Shown piece after piece: positions 38,065 to 51,210 of a DNA stretch of 64,000 bases. The DNA is taken from the NCBI GenBank assembly GCA_030390025.1, contig CM059432.1, positions 111,974,001-112,038,000 of the forward strand. Reading direction: 5' to 3'. The notes beneath the pieces are model-generated. The model ran no database searches. It was not told the origin of the DNA and was given only the letters and a program-made list of their open reading frames with translations. The stretch comes from Squalus acanthias. Taxonomy: Eukaryota. Numbering within the stretch: the stretch's first letter is position 1; the number at the start of each line of letters is the position of its first letter. The translations under genes and the position numbers were made by a program.

Positions 38065-41000
38065 TTACAGATTAAACCTAACCACTGGTTTTCTGTTTTG
38101 AAGAGGATGCCTTCTTTCTTGAACAGAACTTTCAGATCTTGTTGTAGGACTTTGGCTCATTCTAGGCTGAGCCTGAGGAGAAATTTTCTCCAAGGGCTGA
38201 CCTTGATCTACATTTGGGCTCTCTACACTTTCAGACTGTTTGTCTGCCTGACTTAAATTCTGACTTTGTCTTGGACTTGTTTCTGGTACGTCTGATGTAG
38301 GATTTGCTACTGGTACTCTACTTGTAACAAGACTATCTGACTCAACAGAATAAATTGAATCATCCCAGCTTTCAACTCCTTCCACATTTGTAGGTAAGAT
38401 ATGATCAATGTGAACAAACATCTTGATCAAATATGTGCGAGGGCCACATATCTTCACTACTCTTCCTGGTAACCACTTTAACCATTTATGGTGATGGTTC
38501 TTCACTCTGAACTTCTGGTTCAACTTCACACTTCTCTCTCTAACTCTACCTTTATCATGACTCTCTTTCTGCCTCGATTGTTTCTCTCCTACGACTGTGC
38601 CAAGTTCGGCTTTAACAACGAGAACCTGGTTCGTGGCTGTTGTTTGAGAAACAACTCTGCTGTTTTTCTATCAGTAGTGGTATGAGTATTCCGATAGGTA
38701 ATCTGAAAATTTGCCAGTTTGTGGTCCAACGACAACTGACGTTTCTTTGGATTTGGATTCAACATTTGCTTGATGAGGGCACGTTTGACAATTTGTACTG
38801 TGCGCTCTGCTGCACCATTTGAAGCAGGGTGGTACGGTGGAACTTTGGTACATTTCACACCGTTTCTGCTCATGAACTGTGTGAACTCTTCTGAACAAAA
38901 TTGTGGGCCATTATCAGACACAGTTTCTTCTGGGAGGCCGTATGAAGAAAACAATCTTCGCAAATTGTCTAGTGTTTTGCTTGTTGTTATTATCCACATC
39001 GGAAACACCTCTACCCACTTCGAGTGACTATCTATCACTGTGAACAATTGCTGCCCTTCTAGCTCAGCAAAATCTACATGTAATCTTTGCCACACTCTGG
39101 GAGGCCATTTCCATGGCTGTAATGGTACAGATGGTGGTTTCTTGCTCACCCACTGACATGTTGTACACTGACTGACTATGTACTCTATCTCTTTATCTAA
39201 ACCTGGCCACCATTAGTAACTGCGTGCAAAACTCTTAGTCGAGCACATTCCAAGGTGCTGTTCATGAAGATCTCCTGACAATTTAGACCTGAACCTATTT
39301 GGGTTAACCACTCTTGCTCCCCACATGATACAATATTTATCCACTGACAATTCATTCCTACAAACGAAGTATGGATGGATATCTTCCTCTGATACCTGGT
39401 TTGGCCATCCATTTGCTATATAATCATACACCTTTGACATAATTGGGTCACGTTTGGTTGCCCTACCAATCTCTTCAGCTGTGACTGGCAGCTCATCAAT
39501 GTATGAGAAATAGAACACTTCTTCCTATTGGGTATAACTTGTGATGGGGATGGCAACCTGGACACAGCATCAGCATTACTGTGATCAGCTGATCGTCTGT
39601 ACTCAATGTCATACGTATACGCTGACAAAATCAAAGCCCATCTCTGCATTCGGGCTGCAGCTAAGGTTGGAACTGGGGACTTTGAATTTAGGATTGCTGT
39701 CAGGGGCTTATGGTCAGTAACTATGGTAAACTTACGACCAAACAAGTATTTGTGAAACTTCTTGACCCCAAAAATCAATGACAAAGCTTTCCTTTCGATC
39801 TGCGCATAATTCCGCTCACTGGCACGGAGAGTGCGTGAAGCAAAAGCAATTGGTCTCTCCTCCCCACTATCTAGTGCATGAGAGATCACTGCCCCAACTT
39901 CGTACGGAGAGGTGTCACATGCTAGCTTGATTTCCTTAGATACATCATAGTGAACTAACATGGTACTCTCTACGAACTGGCTTTTACATTCTTTGAATGC
40001 TGTGTCGCATTCTTTTGACCACTTCCAAGGGACCTGCTTTCTCAACAGCTCATTCAGTGGGTGTAACAATGTAGCCAAGTTTTGAAGGAACTTTCCGTAA
40101 TAATTCAAAAGACCCAAAAATGATCGAAGTTCAGAGACATTCTTGGGAGTGAGTGCATTTCTGATTGCATCCAGCTTTCCCTTGGTTGGATGTAAACCAT
40201 CTTTGTCTACTCTGTGCCCCAAGTACTCCATTGAGTTTTGAAACAACTCACACTTGTGAGCAATCACTCGTACTCTGTGCTTCTCTAGCTGTTTGAGCAC
40301 TTCATTCAACACCTCATCATGGAGTCGCCTGTTTGGTGCTGAAATGAGTATGTCATCCAAATAACACACTACCCCTTCAATCCCTTGCAAAATTTGGTTC
40401 ATCACCCCCTGGAATATGTCAGGGGCAGAAGACACTCCAAATGGTAGCCTATTGAATTGATATAGGCCTCGGTGAGTATTTATAGTCAAGCATGACTTGG
40501 ACTCTTCATCTAACTCAAGTTGTAGGTAGGCGCTTGTTAGATCCAAGTTCGAAAAGAACTGGCCACCTGTCAGCGTTGTGAACAAATCTTCCACATTTGG
40601 CAATGTATTGGGTAGATTACACTCTAGAACCTGGTTTACGGTTACCTTATAAATACCACACAGCCTTACCTTACCATCTGACTTAGGTACAACAACAATG
40701 GGTGTAGCCCAATTACTCAGATCTACTTAGAGATAATGGCCCAGAAATTAAACATCGATGGTTGCCGCGGGGGTAAGGATTCCCCGCGATATCGCACTCC
40801 GCGCCTACCTTTTTGTTTCGGGCCCACACGAACTTCAGTTTGAGGGCCTCTCCCTGTTGCCGGCGTGCAGTGCTTGCGTGTCCCAGAGGCGCAATTAGTT
40901 CGTGCGAGCTCTGGGATCACGTGGGACAGTTAGAGCCAATGGCAGCACACCATCTTTCATTCATAGTTTTGACAGCAAGGGCTGTCAAAGCTATGAATAC

Positions 41001-42022
41001 TACAAGCCCCCAAAAGAACAGCTAAACCTCAATTAAATTTAAAAAAAGCCATCACATTAATAAAATAACTGTAGTTAAATAAATTAACCACTTTAAACAA
41101 AAAATTAAATATTTGAAAAAATTTAAATTCTTTTTAAAAGTTATAAAAATAAACTTACCTTTCTTTAAAGTCTCTAAAAAAGATAAACCTGTTGAAAAAA
41201 ATTTAAAATAACACTTAATTAACTACTTACCTTGTTAAAAGGGGGTCCTACGCCTGCTTTCTTTATGTGTAAAATCTTCACCACTTACCTGCGTGTTCAA
41301 ACCTGAAAAAAAAACTAAGTGCACTGCGTGCGCGCAACCTGTAGCGCGCACGTGGGTCACTTAGGAACCGCCCCCTTTGCAATACACGAAGTGCCGGTTT
41401 CCCGCGCATGCGCAGTGCATGCAGAAACCAGCAATTCGGGACCTAATACGCGAGAGTACACAGTGCGTACTCTCGCGTATTAGGTCTAATTTTCGGGCCA
41501 ATGTTCTCAGTTTCTAGTCTTTTGAGTTCTTGCTCAACTTTCTCCTTGCGTGCGTATGGTACTGGACGTGGCTTGCAGTAAACTGGTCTTGCATCCTTCT
41601 GTGCTCTGACACTCGCCTTGAAGTCTTGGCTCAGACTGCCCGTTTCGCTGAACACCTTCGGATACTGCTTGATGACATTATCTTTCAATGCAAATTTTGC
41701 TTCCACACGAAAAATCTCATTCCAATCCAGCTTCAGTGATCACAACCAATTTCTACCTAACAAGGCAGACTTGTCTCCTGCCACTACTGAGAGGCAAGCT
41801 CTGACACTGATCCTTGTATTTCACTGGTATGGTGACACTTCCTACTACAGGGATTTGCTCTCCTGAGTAGCCTTGCAGCTCTACCTTCGATTTCTCTAGT
41901 CGATAATCACACAACTTGTCGCAATATAGTGATTCCAGTACGACTCTCACGGATGCACCAGTGTCGATTTCCATGGGTATCCTGGTTCCTGCGACATCTA
42001 CTTGGATGACGATACCTCGCAA
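38065..42022 (-). pseudogene. Gypsy pol (PR-RT-RH-IN), frameshifted and split by a MITE
   Basis: ORF pieces 41753-42022, 41443-41706, 39416-40603, 39213-39518, 38589-39149, 38065-38529. Confidence 0.9.
40738..41499 (-). mobile_element. MITE family A, copy 2, inserted in Gypsy RT
   Basis: TIRs GGCCCAGAAATTA / TAATTTTCGGGCC with TSD AAT (40735-37, 41500-02). Removal rejoins LETENI|ISK...WATPIVVVPK. Confidence 0.92.
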
Positions 42023-43475
42023 ATCGCTGTTAGATACCTTCGTGCTCCTGATGACATGAATCTCCAGAAACTCCTCGTCCTACTGCTTCTCTTCAACGGT
42101 ATGTAGTTTCTGGCGATTTCTACTTCTAGCATTGCCAGTCGGTTTACTCTTCTGTCGGCACGCCTTTGCAAGATGCTTAGTTTTCTTGCAGTAGAAACAC
42201 TTTGCCTTCACATATGGACAGCTTTGAGCTACGTGTTGTCCCAGGCACCGATAGCAAGACTTCAATGCACTGTTACCTTGGCCTGTTGCTGAGGCCTTGG
42301 GGCCCAACTGCCTTTTACTTTTAGCCTACAACCGATTCACATCGGTTGACTGACGACTGAAAATGGCGCAAAACTCTCGGGAGTATCGGTCGTCCATATC
42401 CATCGACATAGCTGTCTGACAATCTAAGTCAAAAGTCAAGTTAGGGGTTGTCAAGAATTTACTTCTGACACGTTCATTTTTCAACCCACAAACAAAGCGG
42501 TCCTGAAAGTTTCTGAAATGACAGTGAATGGATAGCACAATGTACTCACTGATACCCTCGTCATTTAATTGATCACGTGTTCCAAAACAATAACCTTCAG
42601 CAATTTCCAGGGGCCCAGGACTGTAGTGCTGTTCTAACTTGGTTAGGATCTTCTTCAGTGGCGTGTCATAAGAACATAAGAAATAGGAGCAGGAGTAGAC
42701 CAATCGGCCCCTTGAGCCTGCTCCGCCATTCAATGAGATCATGGCTGATCTGATCCAACCTCAACTCTAAAGAACACAAGAAGTAGGAGCAGGACCAGGC
42801 CACTCGGCCCGCTCCGCCACCCACAGGGCCTTGACCGATCCGAACTCAAACTCATGTCCAATTTCCAGCCCGCTCCCCGTAACCCCTGATTCCCTTTACT
42901 TCTAGGAAATGGTCTATTTCTGTTTTAAATTTATTTAATGAAGTAGCTTCCACAGCTTCCTGGGGTAGCAAATTCCACAGACCCACTACCCTCTGAGTGA
43001 AAAAGTTTCTCCTCATCTCAGTTTTGAAAGAGGAGCCCCTTATTCTAAGATTATGTCCCCTAGTTCTAGTTTCACCCATCATTGGGAACATCCTCACCGC
43101 GTCCACCCAATCAAGCCCCTTCACAATCTTATATATTTCAATAAGATCGCCTCTCATTCTTCTGAACTCCAATGAGTAGAGTCCCAATCTACTCAACCTC
43201 TCCTCATATGTCCACCCCCTCATCCCTGGAATTAACCGAGTGAACCTTCTTTGTACTGCCTCAAGAGCAAGTATGTCTTTTCTTAAGTATGGACACCAAA
43301 ACTGTATGCAGTACTCCAGGTGCGGTCTCACCAATACCCTATACAACTGCAGCAATACCTCCCTGTTTTTATATTCTATCCCCCTAGCAATAAAAGCCAA
43401 CATTCCATTGGCTTTCTTGATCACCTGCTGCACCTGCATACTAACTTTTTGATTTTCTTGCACCAAGACCCCCAG

Positions 43476-46193
43476 TTTCAGTAAGAGTAGGGAAGGTGGT
43501 AAGAAAGGTGGAGGAGTAGCATTGTTAATCAAGGATAGTTTAACAGCGGCAGAAAGGCAGTTCGAGGGGGATCTGCCGTCTGAGGTAATATGGGCTGAAG
43601 TTAGAAATAGGAAAGGAGCGGTCACGTTGTTAGGAGTTTTCTACAGGCCCCCAAATAGTAATAAAGATGTGGAGGAAGAAATTGCAAAGCAGATTATGAA
43701 TAGGTGTGGAGGTCACAGAGTAGTTGTCATGGGTGACTTCAACTTTCCAAATATTGATTGGAACCTTTATAGGTCAAACAGTTCGGATGGGATAGTTTTT
43801 GCACAGTGTGTGCAGGAGGGTTTCCTGACACAATATGTGGATAGGCCGACAAGAGGTGGGGCCACGTTGGATTTGGTACTGGGTAATGAACCGGGCCAAG
43901 TGTTTGATTTGTATGTGGGAGAGCACTTTGGAGATAGTGACCACAATTCGGTAACTTTCACTATTGCAATGGAGAGGGATAGGGCCATACGGCAGGGCAG
44001 GGTTTATAATTGGGGGAGGGGTAATTATGATGCGATTAGGCAAGAATTAGGGAGTATAAGATGGGAACAGAAACTATCAGGGAAAGGCACAAACGAAAAG
44101 TGGAGCTTTTTCATGGAGCAATTACTGCGTGTCCTTGATAGGTATGTCCCTGTCAGGCAGGGAGGAAATGGCCGAGTGAGAGAACCATGGTTCACAAAAG
44201 AGGTTGAATGTCTAGTCAAGAGGAAAAAGGAAGCGTATGTAAGGATGAGAAAACAAGGTTCAGTTGGGTCGATTGAGGGGTACAAGGTAGCAAGGAATGA
44301 GCTAAAAAAAGAGCTTAGGAGAGCTAGGAGGGGGCATGAGAAGTCCTTGGCGGGTCGGATCAAGAAAAACCCCAAGGCTTTTTACTCTTATGTGAGAAAT
44401 AAAAGAATGACCAGGGTGAGGGTAGGGCCGGTCAAGGACAGTAGTGGGAACTTGTGCATGGAGTCAGAAGAGATAGGAGAGGTGATGAATGAATACTTTT
44501 CGTCAGTGTTCACCGAGGAGAGGGGCCATGTTCTTGAGGATGAGAGTGTGATAAAGGTGGATAGGCTGGAGGTGGTAGATGTTCTGAGGGAAGATGTTTT
44601 AGCAATTTTGAAGAACCTGAGGGTCGATAAGTCCCCTGGGCCAGATGGGATATATCCTAGGATTCTTTGGGAGGCAAGGGAGGAGATTGCAGAGCCTCTG
44701 GCTTTGATCTTTGGGTCCTCACTGTCCACGGGGATGGTGCCAGAGGACTGAAGAGTGGCGAATGTTGTTCCTCTCTTCAAGAAAGGAAATAGGAATGACC
44801 CTGGTAATTATAGGCCGGTTAGTCTTACTTCGGTGGTTGGTAAGATAATGGAAAAGGTCCTGAGGGATAGGATTTATGACCATTTGGAAAGGGGCAACTT
44901 AATCAGGGATAGTCAACACGGATTCGTGAAGGGTAAGTCTTGCCTAACAAATTTTATTGAATTCTTTGAGGAGGTAACTAAGTGTGTAGATGAAGGTAGA
45001 GCAGTTGATGTCGTATACATGGATTTTAGTAAGGCGTTTGATAAGGTTCCCCATGGTCGTCTCATGAAGAAAGTAAGGAGTTGTGGGATAGAGGGAAATT
45101 TGGCCGATTGGATAAGTAACTGGCTATCTCATAGAAGGCAGAGGGTGGTGGTGGATGGAACATTTTCGGACTGGAGACCAGTTACCAGCGGTGTGCCACA
45201 GGGGTCGGTGCTGGGTCCTCTGCTGTTTGTGATTTTTATCAATGACTTGGAGGAGGGGACTGAAGGGTGGATCAGTAAATTTGCTGATGACACCAAGATT
45301 GGTGGAGTAGTGGATGAGGTGGAGGGCAGTTGTAGGCTGCAAAGAGACATTGATAGGATGCAGAGCTGGGCCGAAAAATGGCAGATGGAATTTAACCCTG
45401 ATAAGTGCGAGGTGATTCATTTTGGTAGGGCAAATGTGAATAAGGATTACAGGGTCAACGGCAGGGTTCTGAGGAACGTGGAGGAGCAGAGGGATCTGGG
45501 GGTTCATATCCACAGATCTCTGAAGGTTGCCACTCAAGTGGATAGAGCAGTAAAGAAGGCCTATGGTGTGTTGGCGTTTATTAACAGAGGGTTTGAGTTT
45601 AAGAACCGTGAGGTTATGCTGCAACTGTACAGGACCTTGGTGAGACCACATTTGGAATATTGTGTGCAGTTCTGGTCACCTCACTATAGGAAGGACGTGG
45701 AAGCATTGGAAAGAGTGCAAAGGAGATTTACCAGGATGCTGCCTGGTTTGGGGGGGAGGTCTTATGAGGAAAGATTGAGGGAGTTGGGGCTTTTCTCTTT
45801 AGAGCGGAGGAGGATGAGAGGCAACTTAATAGAGGTTTATAAGATGATGAGGGGGATAGATAGAGTGGATGTTCAGAGACTATTTCCTCGGGTAGAGGCA
45901 GCTGTTACAAGGGGGCATAACTATAAGGTGCATGGGGGGAGATATAGAAGGGATGTCCGAGGTAGATTCTTTACTCAGAGAGTGGTTGGGGTGTGGAATG
46001 GACTGCCTGCTGTGATAGTGGAGTCGGACACTTTAGGAACTTTCAAGCGGTTATTGGATAAGCACATGGAGCACACCAGAGTGATAGGGAGTGTGATAGC
46101 TTGATCTTGGTCTCGGACAATGCTCGGCACAACATTGAGGGCCGAAGGGCCTGTACTGTGCTGTACTGTTCTATGTTCTATGTTCTATGTTCT
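43476..46193 (+). mobile_element. CR1-B, young 5'-truncated copy nested in CR1-A
   Basis: ORFs 43522-44751 and 44755-46104 are in one frame separated by a single TGA; tail (TTCTATG)n; host rejoins as GACCCCCAG|ATCCCTTTG. Confidence 0.95.
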
Positions 46194-47167
46194 ATCCCTT
46201 TGTACTGCAGTACTTTCCAGTTTCTCGCCATTAAGATAATAACTTGCTCTCTGATTTTTCCTGCCAAAGTGCATAACATCACATTTTCCAATATTGTATT
46301 GCATCTGCCAAATCTCTGCCCACTCACCCAGCCTGTCTATATCCCCTTGTAGGTTTTTTATGTCCTCCTCACTCTCTACTTTCCCTCCCATCTTTGTATC
46401 ATCTGCAAACTTTGATATGTTACACTCGGTCCCCTCCTCCAAATCGTTAATATAGATTGTAAAGAGTTGGGGACCCAGCACCGACCCCTGCGGAACACCA
46501 CTGGCTACAGGTTGCCAGTCCGAGAATGAACCATTTATCCCAACTCTCTGCTTCCTGTTAGATAACCAATCCTCCACCCATGCCAGAATATTACCCCCAA
46601 TCCAGTGATTTTTTATCTTGAGTAATAATCTTTTATGTGGCACCTTGTCGAATGCCTTCTGGAAGTCTAAATACACTACATCCACTGGTTCCCCTTTATC
46701 CACCCTGTACGTTATGTCCTCAAAGAGCTCTAGCAAATTTGTCAGACATGACTTCCCCTTCATAAAGCCATGCTGACTTTGTCCTATTAAATTATGTTTA
46801 TCTAAATGTTCCATTACTGTCTCCTTTATAATAGACTCCAAAATTTTACCCACCACAGATGTTAGGCTAACTGGTCTATAATTTCCAGCCTTCTGCCTAC
46901 AACCCTTTTTAAATAAGGATGTTACATTAGCAGTTTTCCAATCTGCTGGGACCTTTGCTGAGTTCAGGGAGTTTTGGAAAATTATTACCAAAGCATCCAC
47001 AATTCCAACTGCCACTTCCCTCAAGACCCTAGGATGTAAGCCATCAGGTCATGGGGATTTATCCGCCTTGAGTCCCATTATTTTACTGAGTACCAATTCC
47101 TTAGTGATTTTAATCGTATTTAGCTCCTCCCCCACTAGAGCCCCCTGTTTGTCCAGTGTTGGGATAT

Positions 47168-47688
47168 GAAACATATAAGATTGTGAAGGGGTTGGATCGG
47201 GTGGATGCGGGGAGAATGTTCCCGATGACGGGTGAGACTAGAACTAGGGGACATAGTCTTAGAATAAGGGGCTGCTCTTTCAAAACTGAGATGAGGAGGA
47301 ACTACTTCACTCAGAGGGTGGTAGGTCCATGGAATATGCTGCCACAAAAAGCTGTAGAAGCTACATCATTAAATAAATTTAAAACAGAAATAGACAGTTT
47401 CCTAGAAGTAAAGGGCATTAAGGGTTACGGGGAGCGGGCAGGAATTTGGACATGAGTCTAGGTTCGGATCGGTCATGGCCCTGTGGGTAGTGGAGCGGGC
47501 CCAGGGACAGTGTAGCCTGATTCTGCTCCTATTTCGTGTGTGCAATTCTGTTAGATGCAGGAGATGGTTCTGTGATAGATCGTAGATTGGCGGTTAGGAT
47601 CAGATCAGCCATGATCTTATTGAATGGCGGAGCAGGCTCGAGGGGCCGATTGGCCTACTCCTGCTCCTATTTCTTATGTTCTTATGTT
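47168..47688 (+). mobile_element. CR1-C, short 3' fragment of the CR1-A subfamily inserted antisense in CR1-A
   Basis: C-terminal peptide nearly identical to CR1-A (EATSLNKFKTEID..LEVKGI.GYGERAG.WT); own TTCTTATG tail; host rejoins as GGGATAT|TCTGAGTG. Confidence 0.85.
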
Positions 47689-48302
47689 CTGAGTGTCCTC
47701 TACCGTAAAGACTGAAACAAAATATTTGTTCAGCATTTTTGCCATCTCCATGTTTCCCACCATTAATTTCCCGGTCTCATCCTCTAAGGGACCTACGTTT
47801 GCCTTAACCACCCTTTTTCTTTTTATATAACTATAGAAGCTATCTGTTTTTATATTTTTTGCTAATTTATTTTCATAGTCTATTTTCCCTTTCTTAATCA
47901 ATCCTTTAGTTACTTTTTGTTGTCTTTTGAAGACTTCCCAATCTTCTATCCTCCCACTAACTTTGGCTACCTTATATGTCCTTGTTTTTAGTTGGATACT
48001 TTCTTTAATTTCTTTACTGAGCCATGGATGGCTGTCATTTCTTTTACACCCTTTTTTCCTCAGTGGAATATATTTATTTTGAAAGTTGTAAAATAACTCC
48101 TTGAATGAACACCACTGCTCATGTACCGTCTTACCCTTTAATCTATTTTCCCAGTCCACTTTAATCAATTCTGCTCTCATGCCATCATAGTCTCCTTTAT
48201 TCAAGCTCAGTATGCTTGTTTGAGAACCAACCTTCTCACCCTCTAATTGGATATGGAATTCAACCATGTTATGGTCACTCATTCCAAGGGGATCCTTAAC
48301 TA

Positions 48303-48375
48303 TTTCAAATAATTTCAAATGATTTCAAATAAAACTGTTGGACTATAACCTGGTGTTGTGCGACCTCTCAATTTT
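48303..48375. mobile_element. 73-bp insertion with 11-bp TSD (Penelope pLTR-like fragment)
   Basis: ATCCTTAACTA duplicated at 48292-48302 and 48376-48386. The insert is three ATTTCAAAT units plus CTGTTGGACTATAACCTGGTGTTGTG. Confidence 0.7.
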
Positions 48376-49711
48376 ATCCTTAACTAGGACATTATTAATT
48401 AATCCAGACTCATTACACAGTACCAGGTCCAAGGTTGCTTGCCCCCTTGTAGGATCAGTTAAATCCATCCCTAAGACACTCAATAAACTCTTCCTCAAGG
48501 CTGCCCTGCCCAATTTGATTTGTCCAGTTAATATGATAGTTAAAATCCCCCATAATTATAGCTGTTCCCTTATTACATGCCCCAACTATTTCCTGATTAA
48601 TACTTCTTCCAACAGAGTTGCAACTATTAGGAGGCCTATATACTACGCCCACCAGTGCTTTTTTCCCCTTATTATTCCTTATCTCTACCCAAACTGTTTC
48701 ATTATCCTGATCTTTTGACCCAATATCATTTCTCTGTATTACAGTGATTCCTTCCTTTATTAACATAGCCACCCCCCCTCCCCTTCCTTCCTGCCTGTCC
48801 TTCCTGATTGTTAAATACCCTGGCATATTTCATTCCCAGACGTTGTCACCCTGCAGCCATGTTTCTGTAATGGCCACAAGAACATACCCATACATAGTTA
48901 TTTGTGCCGTTAACTCATCAATTTTGTTACGAATGCTACGTGCATTCAGATAAAGAACTTTCAAATGTGTTTTGCGACACTTACTTCCTACTTTTTCCTT
49001 ATTTAACACTTTACCTTTTACTCCATACCTTCTGTCCCTTCCTGACATGCTTTCCTCTGTCTCCCTGCTCAGGTTCCCAACCCCCTGCCACATTAGTTTA
49101 AATCCTCCCCAACAGCACTAGCAAACACTCCCCCTAGGACAGCGGTCCTGGCCCTGCCCAGGTGCAAACCGTGCGGTTTGTACTGGTCCCACCTCCCCCA
49201 GAACCGGTTCCAATGTCCCAGGAATTTGAATCCCTCCCCCTTGCACCATTCCTCTAGCCACGTATTCATTTGAAATATCCTCCTATTTCTACTCTGACTA
49301 GCACGTGGCACTGGTAGCAATCCTTCGGCTCGGCGGGAACAAGCACATTTTTCAGCGTTTTGTACACCTTGGGGCCTGCTTCATTCAAAAAAATAGTCTG
49401 TTTCATTTCTAAAACTATCCGGTTACGGTTTACATCATCGGGGACTTCGACGATACTATTTGCGGTGAAAAATATTTCTAGCCGCTCCACATACGCTCCG
49501 AAAGTCTCTCGGCACGATGGAACTCACCCAAGTGCCCTATTATTCCCACAGGCGCGGCCATCTGGACTCTGGCAACGCCGACAGTTCAGCCACGTGTGCT
49601 CAAATTTTACCTCAGATTTTTAAGTATTTCTGCAAAACGAAGAACCTCTAATAGTCCCTCCATCAGTTGGCAGGATTATCCTCCAACAAAAATTTCAGCT
49701 AGGGATCTGCA

Positions 49712-49729
49712 ATCCTATCCTCATCACCA
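49712..49729 (-). promoter_or_regulatory. Primer-binding site, tRNA-Ser(GCU) type
   Basis: TGGTGATGAGGATAGGAT, 4 nt after the LTR. It matches TGGCGACGAGGATGGGAT (complement of the vertebrate tRNA-Ser-GCU 3' end) at 15 of 18 positions; two of the mismatches are CpG decay. Confidence 0.75.
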
Positions 49730-49733
49730 ATTC

Positions 49734-49847
49734 TGTGATATCTTGGGACACAGCATATATATACAGCACAACATGGCTTCCGGTAAGAACTATACTGCCA
49801 ATGACTTTATTATATACATCAGTAGTGCACGAGGTGGCTCTATTACA
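49734..49847 (-). repeat. Gypsy 5' LTR (114 bp)
   Basis: Minus strand TGTAATAG...ATATCACA with terminal inverted repeats and internal TATATAATAAA; directly upstream of the PBS. Confidence 0.8.
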
Positions 49848-50026
49848 GGGCGATTAGTTGATCTTTTGATGTAATATTGGATGGATAGATGTATAAAGTT
49901 GGATTGGAATGTTTGCTTTGTGGTAGCTTTTATTTCAGCATTGTGGCCAGGAGGATGCTGTGATGATCATTAATAGAGGAAAGCTAAGGTGTGGGACTGT
50001 TGTTGAATGGGGATTTGGGGTTGCGT

Positions 50027-51210
50027 TCACTGGAACCGCAGTCGGATGAGTCAATCACGGACAGCCCGAGCAGAAAGGCTGTATGAGTTGCCTCCTCCCT
50101 TCCGCTACCTCCTCTTCCGCTTCCTCCACCTCTTCTTTTGCTTCCTCCTCCTCCTCTTCCTCCACTTCCTCCTCAGCTGGTTGCCGTATGCCTGGTGGCA
50201 AGGGCTGTGCTGTCATGATGGCAAAGTTGTAGAGCATGCAGCAGAACACGACGAATCTTGAGATGCGCTCTGGTGAGTACTGCAGGGTTCCGCCAGAGCA
50301 GTCCAGGCTACGGAACCATTGCTTCAGCACCCCAGAGGTCTGCTCTATGATGTTTGGTGTGGCAGCATGGCTCTCATTGTACACATGCTGGCTGTGTGGT
50401 TGGAGGGCGGACTGGAGTCATGAGCCAGGTGGTCAAGGGATAGCCCTTATCACCCAGCAGCCACCCTCTGGTTTGATGTGCTGGCTCAAAGACTGAGGGA
50501 ACAGCGGACTGGCACAGAATGAAAGCACCATGACTCCTGCCAGGATACTGGGCATTCACCATCATGATGTGCTGAGCATGGTCGCACACCAACTGCACAT
50601 TCAGCGAGTGCAAACCTTTGCCATTGCAGTACATCTCAGCATTTAGATGCGGTGCCCACAAAGCCACGTGCATACAGTCAATGGCGCCCTGCACCATGGG
50701 GAAGGCCGCTATCCTGGCAAAGCAACGTGCATACTCCGCCTGCTTCTCCCTGGTCAGAGAGAAGACGATGAAGTCCTCTCTCCTGGCATAAAGAGCATCT
50801 GTCACCTCTCTTATGCAGCAGTGGACAGCAAACTGGGAGATGTTACAGATGTCGCCTGCTCCAGCCTGGAAGGATCCTGATGCGAGGAAATTCAGGGCCA
50901 CGGTCACCTTCACAGCCACTGGCAGCGCTGTCTTTGCCCTGGAGTGAGGCTGCAGGTCTGGTTGCAAAAGATGGCAGAGTTCTGTGAGCACCTCCTTCGT
51001 GAAGTGCAGACGCCTCACACACTGCTCCTGGCTCAGGCTGAGGTAAGAGAATTGCTCTCGGAAGACCCTAGCTGGGTAAAGCCTCCTGCTGAGAGCCCTT
51101 CTTCCCCTCCTCCTGCTCCCTCTGTGAGCAGCGTGTCCTCTTCTTCGCTGCCTCTGCTCCATCTCCCTGTCATGCTGCAGGCCGAGGGGGATGACAACTC
51201 AAGCACCCAT
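50027..51210 (-). pseudogene. H4 DDE transposase, frameshifted
   Basis: ALNFLASGSFQ, GAIDCMH, LLGDKGY, NIIEQT, CCMLYNF, acidic tail. Confidence 0.9.

Larger units (their letters stand above)
42668..49320 (-). mobile_element. CR1-A (ORF1 C-terminus, ORF2, 3' UTR) inserted in Gypsy gag
   Basis: Esterase-like ORF1 end (HWNRFW...HGLHL, 49093-49320), endonuclease YLNARSI/ITETWL/MGDFN, RT, tail (TTCTTATG)n at 42668. Gag rejoins as VPAEPKD|TPLKKIL. Confidence 0.92.
38059..49847 (-). mobile_element. Gypsy/Ty3 LTR retrotransposon (Mag-like), 3' LTR missing
   Basis: gag (49561 onward; two CCHC-type knuckles at about 42150-42260), protease MEIDTGAS, RT YLDD, RNaseH DxS/E/DH, integrase HVDFA...DNGPQF...ASNGAAER, order PR-RT-RH-IN. 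Confidence 0.95.

Noticed and set aside
42852..43625. 257-aa ORF with an unusual N-terminus
   Set aside because: It is a chimera of antisense CR1-B and the CR1-A RT C-terminus across an insertion junction.
47168..47688. Twin-priming inversion of CR1-A
   Set aside because: CR1-A keeps its own 3' end at 42668, and the fragment has its own tail and differs in sequence, so it is an independent insertion.
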